From contig CP089277.1 of the NCBI GenBank assembly GCA_023920165.1, positions 2,852,001 through 2,916,000 on the forward strand: DNA of 64,000 bases, read 5' to 3'. Of the stretch, positions 12,846 through 22,604 are shown in pieces. Both the position numbers and the translations under genes were made by a program. The first letter of the stretch is position 1, and every line of letters starts with the position of its first letter. The stretch comes from Curvularia clavata. Lineage: Eukaryota. The notes beneath the pieces are model-generated. The model made no database searches. It saw only the letters and a list, made by a program, of their open reading frames with translations, and was not told the origin of the DNA.

Positions 12846-14058
12846 TCAAGCTGACTGCTGTCGTCCAAAACCAGTCCAAGCCCGCTTCACAAACTTCCAC
12901 ATCTTCTTACTTCCCATCTCCTGCTCTTTGTCTCCCTCTTTCAAATCTTGCGTTCGCTTCCTACCGAGCACAGACGTCGGCCGCGCAGCAAGGGTAACCT
13001 GCGCAGTACTATGACGTGCCTCAGGCTCCATGCTATCGCGTCTAGGTGTAGACCCTGGTCCCCCTCGTCGCAAACAAGGCTGTGCAACAACCAGATCCGT
13101 CGAGCAAAGTGACTGTGATGACGACCCTAAGGAAGCATTGCTTTGTCCTGCCTGATTACGCATCTTTGCACTTTATTATTATGCAAGATAGCTATTAGCG
13201 TGCACCTCCGCGGAGAATATCACTTTCTCATACACCTCTTGTTTTGCTGCACAAAAAAAGAACACGACCACCCAGGAAAGAACGATGATGACGAAGAGAT
13301 GACGAAATCTTGCCTTGTGCGCATGGAATCATTCCCTCGAACGGCTGGGCGAAAGAGAGAAAAGAAAAGGAGGTATGCTGTGCGATAGACCGCGGAGAGA
13401 CAAAAGTGTAATACGTAGGTGGTACTAGATAGGAAATTAGAAAATAGAACTTGCACCATACCGTGACTCCACTTTTTTCTTGGCCCAGTATAGTTCATCA
13501 TGTGTCGTCCGCCCACTAGGTGTACTCCGACTGTGGCGTCCAGACCAATCATACCATCAACGACACTTCTCTCTATTTCAGCACTTGCCTTCTTTTTCCC
13601 CTTGTCTACTCTCCCGCTTCGACTCCGGCGCGGATAATCATCTGGCGCGTACTGTAATTTCCTGGGCGTGGAATATGCGGTTGAGATCAGAGAGTATGCA
13701 GAGAAGGATAGGGAAGGTGATGCTGTGCGCGAGGAGCAGGAGGGAGGCGAGGAGAGGTTACGTCGGGTTAGTGACGAGGGGCCTGCGATGCATGGGTTTG
13801 AAGTGCATGTTTTGGAGCATTTGGTGGATCGGTAGGGCTGTTGTGGCTCGAGGGCAAGTTAGTGTATCCTGGTATCTTGAGTAGGCTTGTGCGTGAATAG
13901 TAGTTTAGATGGCGAAATGGCATCTCTCTTTGCCACTCGGTCTCCCCCTCTTCTTTCTTTCTCGCTCCGTGAATATTCTACGCGCAGACAGATAACGCTA
14001 TTCGATAGACAATTTGGTTTTCCCTTACCTCGTCTTTGCAGTCGGTCCGTTTCGACAT
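12846..14058 (-). CDS. Possible three-exon hypothetical Ser/Arg-rich protein (14058-14029, 13837-13555, 13147-12846)
   Basis: ATG MSKRTDCKDE|GTAAGG, CTAAC...CAG acceptor at 13838, stop-free 283-nt exon ending G|GTATGA. The last junction needs a ~400-nt intron with a weak branch site. No recognisable family. Confidence 0.3.
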
Positions 14059-14679
14059 CGGTGGTGTTCGGAGAATTACTGGGTGAAGAGTCTTGTTGTT
14101 TTGTTTTTCGGTGCTTTTTCACGGGCGGAGAATAAGAGATATATCGGTAAAGTCGTTGTAGTAGTTTACTATGTGGTAAAAAGAAGCGATATCATCGTTT
14201 AAACTGTCGTGAATTGTATATCTGGCTGCTTGGTGCTTCATCTTCGTGGTACTGGTGGGCTTGTAGAGCGCGAATGCTAGAAAGTGGTTGTTTTTACGTG
14301 AGCTTGGATTCGTTGGATGGCATCGATGATGGTAGGGCATGGTGCTTTTGATGATGAGAGGACTAGGCATGACATGTGGGAAGAATCACATTGAATCATA
14401 GTCGTCTTGATTCGCTGATGCCTGTGACGTATCTACGGCACACATCCCAGCGAATCACTCTTTGCGAAACGTGATGACGGAGGTGCCGTTGGTGGTTATC
14501 ATGCAGTCTCTACCCATTGGTGTGCCACCAAATTGTGTGTGACCTGGCTAGGTCGACAACTCTATCCACACACTGGTGAGACTACGACGCTTTTGGACTA
14601 CCAATATGCCACTTTCCGAATGGGGGTGTGCTTTGAGGCTCAATCAGGCGCTAATCCTCATATTTACTTTTTTGAGGGG

Positions 14680-15640
14680 ATATCATCGATTTCGATCCAG
14701 ATGTAATCACGATGGCGACTATCTCGACCCCAGCGATGCTGAAGGACGAGAAAAACAGGTTTTCAGAGCATCGAAATCGAAGACCCCAGTGAAACCTTCG
14801 ATACACCCACACAGTGTTCCTTCAAAAGGTGTGCCTCCCGAGTGTGCATCCTGTACTCGTGATCGAATCCCAAACGGACCACCACTACCTCTGCTTCTAC
14901 ACCTACCACCCAACCGCACTACACCCAACACTATTGCATCAAAACACACATAAGCTGTGGCCCAAGAGCATCGGGATCGTTCACCGTTATGAAACCTCCG
15001 ATACGTGTCTAGGGGGTGACGTATGAAGTCATTTTCCATATGTGCTTCTTATCATCGGGATCGAGGGATCGAGATCACTTCGTAGCCACCAGCTGTCTTT
15101 CGATATTAAGCCCTACGCCTTGTGATCAACGAGCATCGGGATCGTTGACAGTTGTGAAACGGGCGTTCCCTTTTGGGTCCGCGGAGAATAACGTGGTTCT
15201 ACAATGTGCTTCTTACCATCGAGATCGAGATCACTTTGTAGCCACACCTCCGTTCATATAACCCTTGACTAGGTACGAGCATCGGGATCGCACACCACTA
15301 CGAAACAGTTGCTCCCATTCCCTGTTTGTACTGACTGCAGTGGCGTTGAGAGGTATCGTAGCGTACAGGGTGGGTTCTTGTCATCGAGATCGTGCTCTTT
15401 GACCGATGTCTTTTCTCCTTGTAGAGTATACCTGCGATCTACAAACATTGAGGCCGTCCGAGCATGCGAAACGGCCCGTTCAGGTACAGACTCCTATGAC
15501 GCAGATGGCATTTGTACTTTGCGAGCTTAGGTAATAATCTACGCTTCTACACTTCAACTCTCATCTTCTCAGCCATCTTCTGACGATACCCATCTCACGA
15601 TCCTTCAGCATCGAGATCGCTCACTTCTTTGAAACTACAG
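14680..15640 (+). repeat. Degenerate tandem repeat array (HRDR motifs), probably a decayed repeat-protein gene
   Basis: Motif A GAGCATCGGGATCG...GAAAC at 14766, 14966, 15131, 15277, 15606; motif B TGTGC...CATCGRGATCG at 14843, 15041, 15205, ~15375. Confidence 0.75.
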
Positions 15641-18600
15641 CCCGCCTTTTCCACTGAATGTGTACTAGGCAGCTGAGTGGGCTGCTTGATAGTATTGGAG
15701 TATCCACTTCAATCCATGTAGGATTCATCGTGATTCACTCTTGGTCGTATGGGTTGGACGAATCCTCTCATCGGAAACACGCAACCTTCATAATCCTCTA
15801 CCCTGTATGGCAGCTACACCAAATGACCTCGCCCAACGCCCATAACTTGGCCCTTATGGCAGAAGAGCGTAGAGGGCTGAACCCTTCACCCCCTTTCGCC
15901 CTTGTCCAGCCACATCAACCAACCAACCTACTCAAGTGGGAGGAATGAAAACCGGGTCTAGGTCGCTATATTGCTTTGTTCATGCATATAGTTTGTTATT
16001 ATCTTCTAGTGCCGGATACCAGAGAGTTCGAAACAAATGTTGCTTTTGCTACACCAGCAAGCCCTCAGCACCCACTTGTGGGAAAAATCAAATAAAAAGA
16101 GGCACACTTGTACCCACACGCACTCAGGCACAGGCACACCCCATCCACTTACATGGCGCTAAAGTCACTGCAGCTAACAGCCTCGCTAGCGATGAGTTGG
16201 TCTGTCGCTTATCCACTTACCGGATCTTCCATGCAGATAGACCCTTACGCCATCGTCTCCTCTCCTCTACCTGCAAGCAGTGTCGATCATCCCCTCCCAG
16301 CCACGTCAAGGTGATCGGCGCAGTGAGGCCTGAGCGCGTGACTACATACACACGCTGCACAAAGGCGCCTTTTGTTTACTCGGAGACTTGTGCGACAGGG
16401 ATGATAAAGAACAAGGAGGGTGAGGGTATAACTCTGCAGCATGCACCTACGTCTGTGCGCCTCTTGCATTGCATGGTGCTGTTCGCGGTCAAGTAGCTCT
16501 ATCTACTCTTGCTGTCTATCTCGGCGAGATCGGCATCGTGACTTTTCTGCCCTCGTCTCGACAGAGGTTGGAGTTTGTTTTTTGCATTTTTTGGCATGAG
16601 GAACATTTTTTTGTTGCCCACCGGGTCGGGTCCGATCGTGAGTACACAACAAAAAAAATACAAAGGGCGGTGGAGATCGAGGCTAGAAGTGTGCTGGGCA
16701 AGGGAAAGAGAGCATGAGATTCGCGGAATCAAAATTGAGGCTATGGACAGCTGAGTGATGAGATACAAGGTTGGGTGTGTGGGCGTAGGTCATGTGGCTG
16801 CTGTATGCCGTGCTGTTGGGACGATATGAGGATGTGGTCTTGGAGGTTGTCTGCATCGGGGCAAGGGGAAGTCGAGCAAGCTGAGAAGTTGCTATCTTGG
16901 ATCCTCATTCCGGACATGCAACTATTTTTGGTATGCAAAGGTCCATTTCGTGGACTTGATATTCCCTCATGGAATTTTTACCCTTCCCAGTACCTTACAT
17001 GCACTCCCAGATCCGTTTCTTTGAACATTTCCCCAGGTGGTTACCGTCCGTGTTCGACCAGTTTCCGTTCTTATGAAGTTTGGTTCGGCTTCAACGCTCT
17101 GCGTCCGGTCCACAAACACAGTGATTTGAGGGTCAAACTCAGCTTCCGGAGAGTTTTAGTTATTCGTGGGTGAGCATTCACCTGAATGTCCTTGCGCTGA
17201 AGATCCATGGATATTTTTCTTGCTCTTCAGCTTCGTACTTTAGCTTTCTGGACATTTCTTCACTTTTGTCGCACAAGCACCCGACACTAGAATTTGTATT
17301 TGACGTGCCTAGCTTCAGCTCCGAATGTCATTTTTTTCTCGCTTTGATATTGCCGGATTATTTCTTCCGCTTCTACTTTAGTTGAAATCATAACGTGGCT
17401 TGACAACGTCGGGCCAACGGTTGCTATGCTATATGATAAGAAGAGCTTTTTACAAAGCTAGCAAAGTGGCAGCTACTGGCAACCTATGGGTAGACAGTTC
17501 ATCGCAATGTCTGAGTCAAAAGCTGATGTCTTTTTGTCTAAAAAGTTTTGAATATTATGTCCTCGTGGTAACCTCACCCATACTGGCATGCTGTAATAGA
17601 AAGCTATTTCGCATTTTTTTCTTCATCTTTCAACAGACCTATCGCCTTGCATATTCTGTTGGAATTTGTCTAGCAATACGAAATCCGTAAATTCTTTGAC
17701 CTGGTGAACTCTACAGTGTCTTGTTTCTAGCTATATATATAAGTTTTGAGCAAGCACGATTCCAGCAACAATTATACTGTGCAGAAGTGAGACGCGTAAA
17801 CTTCTTTCCGATGGTATCTGTTAAATCGATTCAGTCCTCTCCAATTGCACACTTTATGGCCATATATATTTCAAAATCACCCTCTAGTGTTCAATTCACA
17901 GTCCGCACACACTTTCAAAACAAGAATGATACAGTTAGTAACTAGTTGTCCCAGCATAATTTCACTTTACTTTCCATTCCTAGCCAGTTCTCACAAACAG
18001 TTGTTTTCAAGGTAAAGAGAATAATCGGTTGAGACTCGTTGCCTACCGCACATGTTGATACAACATCTCAATGATTTATTTCAACATTCGCATCATGAAA
18101 AGCGTTCGCTAACACACAGTGTGCATATTAATTTGAACCCGTTTTCAGAAAAATGTAAATTTTGTGTACCTGATGTACCTATTCCCATCTCCGTGCTATA
18201 AGTGTTTCATTGCCTGCAGTTGTTCCATCGATAGGAGCAATTGATCCAACCGCGCCGTGACGTCAAGAGCAGCAATGTCACTCTAAACGAGCTTCTTCCC
18301 CGATTTCCCAATGTACAGAGGTGGCGAAGCCAAGCACTTCCCCAAAGTGGGGCTAAACGCGGGGTCATGCATAGCGATATTGGGACCGAAAGGGTAGGTG
18401 AAAAAAGGCGTGAAACAGTTTCAACCGGCAATTCCTGAATAACAATATTTTTGGTACTGAGGGTTTGCTGATACTTTCGCAGTACCGAGGCACAAGGGGG
18501 TTTCATTTTGTGCATCCAGAAACCATCACCCATAGAATGCCAATTGCACTTTGAAACATCCGAAATCCTTCACCACTTCTGAAAACAATCAGATTTATTG

Positions 18601-18869
18601 GAATGATTCCAGAGCTGCAGCTAGCACTAAGGCTTTGAGTGATGTGCGGTCTTCCTGCGATGCCGGAACCGCGGCCCAACAATTGTTACCCAGCAGGCCC
18701 CGCCCCACATTTCCCCAACTCGTCAAGTGTGGGGAAAGAGACATATTGGCAACACCTGTGATTTACCAGCTCACGCAAAACATTATGGATAGTATTTGCT
18801 GAACATTTTGCGATTAGATTAGAGTGATACAGATGGAAGATTTGCGCAAAACCATTACTTGCATGAAAT

Positions 18870-19892
18870 CTACGGTTTACCAAAGAACCTGTTCTCATTT
18901 GCTGGGTCCTTTTCCCATTCTCTGTCGTGGGCAAAAATGATCTCAGTCCCTTCTTTCTCTAAGATCCGAATCCTTTCTATTGTCTCTTCGGCTTGCTTGC
19001 GGTTAGCATGTATGCAACAGATTTGGCCATGTGCATCACTCCATTCTCCGATTTTCTTTTCGCCAGTCATTAACCTCCTGTCATGGCAAGCGTCACCAGC
19101 CATGTAAACCTGGTGGGTAGGTGAAGTCCGTGCAAGGAGATTGATGTGACCGGGGAGATGGCCAGGTGCATTCACGATAAGAAGTGAGCCATCGTTGAAA
19201 AGGTCAAGAACTTCAGGGAGACAACCGTGGGCATGCCATGATCCATCGAGATTGATCTCTCCAGGTGTCACACAAGAATCTCGTTTCTTCAATCCGTATG
19301 TCAAAGGTTCTGACAGTTCGAAGGTCCGGCCTTCCGGCAAGAGATCACTCTCAAAGAAAGAGTGACCACCTCGAAGTGACGGCGCAGTGCCTTTGAGCAG
19401 ATTGATTGCACCGTGTCCAACAACGAATTTTGATGTTGGAAAATCTCGAGGTTCACCAACATGGTCCCAATGCACCTGTCATACCTGCGTTATTTATCTG
19501 CAACGGGCCGAATGCACTCTGTTACTTACGTGAGAGTATATAACGTAATCAATATCGTTAGGTGTTAGCCCACCTTTTGCGAGACTTTTTGTGACATCAG
19601 GATCAGTGCTCATTGGTTGTCTTGTTTCAATATGTTTCTGTATCGGCGGCGGATATCGCTTTGTATCCCTTCTCAATCCTAGATCGAAGACGATCCGCGT
19701 TCGAATTCCAGTAGCTCGGTTTGTGTGTTGAATCAGAAATGCTAGCGAAGGAACTTTTCGTCGAGCATTCGGTTCAGCGGGATGTACAAACTGGTATTCT
19801 GGTAAGGAAAGGTAGCCGCATGATAGAGCATGCACAGAAACGACGGCTGCTGATCCATGCTGCAAGCCATGGCATGGCTCCTCGATCGTCAT
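18870..19892 (-). CDS. Metallo-beta-lactamase-fold hydrolase, AHL-lactonase/AttM-like (~322 aa); exons 19892-19530, 19475-18870
   Basis: VFDLG, SHVHWDH (HxHxDH formed across intron 19529-19476), DLFNDGS, APGHLPGH, GDACH, FAHD. Confidence 0.9.
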
Positions 19893-20344
19893 TTTCTTTT
19901 GGAATCTGGGATTGGCTTGGTTTTTAATACTTCTATTTCAGAGTAGTGTGGTGTTCTAGTCGTTGTTCCTTGCTAGCTATGTGAAAGTGACAGGATACTA
20001 TGGAGTTGTTAGCGAACGTGAAGGACAGACAAATATGACGTATGAAAATGGCCCGTTCTTTATTTAGGCTTATCTGAAATGCGAAAGGCGGGGTACGTAT
20101 GGAAATTCGCGCACAAAAGAGTTGGGGAAGTCGATTGGAACAGCCTGTTGGAGAATTGGGCCCCACTTTACCAAAGGCGGCTCACCCTACGTGTGCATGT
20201 GAGTGAATTGTCTTGTTCTGTCTCCAGAAAAGCCATAGCTATCGCATCACATCTTGTCACTTCGTATCATACAAGTATCGACCTCTTGCAACTAGCCAGT
20301 TCTGACGTCTCGCGCTCCTGCTGCCTCTATTACACGTAAACGCG

Positions 20345-21363
20345 ATGCCACAATCATACGAATTCAAAAACTTCGGTTTCATTGGCTTGGGTGCTATGGG
20401 AGAACCAATGCTATCCCATTTGGCTAGAAAGCTACCAGAGGATTCGCGCATATGGGCTTATGACGTCGTTGAACGAACGGTAGATGACGTGTGTGCCAAG
20501 TTTCCCAACAGGGTGTTGAAAGGGAAGAGCGCGAAAGATGTCGCACAGCAAGCTGTAAGATGCATTTGGAATTCATTCGATCGGTGTTAACCAGTGAGCA
20601 GGACACAATTCTCACAATGGTACCCGAAGGCGCGCATGTGCGATCTGTATATCTCGACCCCGACAACGGCGTGTGCAGTACGGACATCTCAAACAAACTT
20701 CTCATCGATTGTTCGACCATAGACACGGCAACAAGTCTAGAAGTGAAGGAGCATGTTGGGAGGAACTTCCATTCGGCAGCTTTCTATGACGCTCCAGTGA
20801 GTGGTGGCGTGGTGGGTGCGATTAAGGGCACGATTGCTTTCTTCCTGGGCTGTGCAGAGTCAGATCCAAACATAGAGCGCCTGACATACTTGATGGGTCT
20901 TATGGGTGGACAGGTGATACCTTGCGGTGGTCCGTCACTCGGACTCGCGGCAAAGCTTTCGAACAACTATCTGTCTGGCATAATCGCAATAGCCTGCTCT
21001 GAAGCTTTTGACATGGGTATGCGCAGCGGTTTGGACCCTCGTACATTGGCCAAGGTGTATGCTGCAGGCACAGCCCAGAACGCTATATGCGATAAATTCT
21101 GTCCCGTTCCTCATGTTTATCCGGACGCTCCGTCTTCAGGAGGATGGAAGCAGGGCTTCAAGGTACAGCTGATGCGTAAGGACTTTGGACTGGCAGTGGA
21201 CATGGCGAAGAGGGTAGGTTCGCAAAATGTGCTGGGAGAAATTGGTCTAAAGACCTATGATGGAGCATCGAAGGATCCGCGGTGTAAAGATTTGGACTCT
21301 CGTGTGGTTTACCGCTATCTGGGCGGGCAGGAAGACTGGCAGGCTAAGTCGAATGGCACATAA
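20345..21363 (+). CDS. 3-hydroxyisobutyrate/beta-hydroxyacid dehydrogenase family (~323 aa); exons 20345-20554, 20602-21363
   Basis: GFIGLGAMGEPM Rossmann motif, DCSTID, DAPVSGG, catalytic KLSNN, LMRKD; intron 20555-20601. Confidence 0.92.
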
Positions 21364-21678
21364 ATGAGAGCTATCGTGTTTAGTTTTATCGTTCGTGTGT
21401 GCGAGTATGGTCAATTGTTTGTCCTTGGTTAGGAACTCTGTATGTTGGCGTTCCATAGCGAGGGTGGGGGAACGTGGGGAAGTTTGGGGTAAAGGCCGAG
21501 GCCAGCCGTCCATAGATCTCTGTACGGTAAACTGATGCAATCCTGCCAGAAAATCTTTATCCCACTACACCAACTTTTTTAAAGATATCTCCTACCCGAA
21601 ACATTATCACAATAGAAGGCCAAATTTGCAACGCCTACCTTACAAAGTCATCACTCGCGTAATCGCCAAGAATCAACC

Positions 21679-22131
21679 ATGTCGACCGATCCCAAGTACG
21701 ATGAACTACACAAACATCTCTTCGAGGAAGGGTTGAAGATGAGACGGAGTGTTGTCGGAGACGAATATGTCAACCGTGCACTTGAGCATGGTTCGACGGA
21801 GTTTTCCAGAGCCGGGCAGGAACTCGTCACAGAGATGTGCTGGGGTTACGCCTGGACCCGTCCAGGCCTCGACAAGAAGCAGAGAAGTCTGATCAATATT
21901 GGCATGCTCATGGCACTCAATCGCGCCCCTGAACTGGCCGTTCATATTCGAGGAGCAAGGAACAACGGGCTCTCCGAGTTGGAGATCCGCGAGGCTATTA
22001 TCCACGCGACAACATACTGCGGTGTGCCGGCTGGCGTAGACGCAATGAAGACAGCTGAAAAGGTTTTAAACGAGATGGCTGAGAAGGGCGAAATGGCGCG
22101 GGAGTTGGGCAACAGAAGTGACAGGGCATGA
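21679..22131 (+). CDS. Carboxymuconolactone decarboxylase (PcaC/AhpD-like) family protein, 150 aa, intronless
   Basis: [41 protein letters not shown] match the PcaC-like pattern. Confidence 0.92.
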   Translation: MSTDPKYDELHKHLFEEGLKMRRSVVGDEYVNRALEHGSTEFSRAGQELVTEMCWGYAWTRPGLDKKQRSLINIGMLMALNRAPELAVHIRGARNNGLSELEIREAIIHATTYCGVPAGVDAMKTAEKVLNEMAEKGEMARELGNRSDRA

Positions 22132-22604
22132 GAAGCCCTTTTATGGTGTGGAATGGGTTCGGTCTTACTGGATGGCTGTGGATACAAACTTAGGAGTTTA
22201 TCCGATTCGGAGTGTAGGCCTGGGTATGGCCTAAACACACCAGTGCTAGCAACAAGCGACGTTCATCGTCGCCATCACCCCTTCCCCTGATCTTCACAAT
22301 GTAAGCCGCTCGCAAGATTTAGCTTTTGGTGTCGTAATGGGTGAACCAAACTCGGCGCACTTGCCTTCCGAGATTGATTGGTGGCTTTGCTGCCTCCCTC
22401 AGCACCCCGCATTCTCAACCGGCTGATCTCCGCGCTCCATCTTTTCCCCACGGTGCTGCAATCTGCATCTGACTGTGTCACACATTCTCCCAACATCTCC
22501 AAATCCCACGCAGATTTGTGAGACTATTCCGAAATCCGGGGAACGGCCACTGAACCAATCGCAAATTTGTCCTGTGTGGACCGCGAAATCACTATTGGCT
22601 CTTC

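Noticed and set aside
14680..15640. CRISPR-like appearance of spaced repeats
   Set aside because: Eukaryotic context, degenerate repeats with irregular spacing and codon-patterned variation, no cas genes.
16137..16157. HPIHLHG, identical to a multicopper oxidase copper motif, in ORF 15936-16496
   Set aside because: Not followed by HxF, and no HCH or other laccase motifs were found nearby; treated as chance unless blastx shows otherwise.
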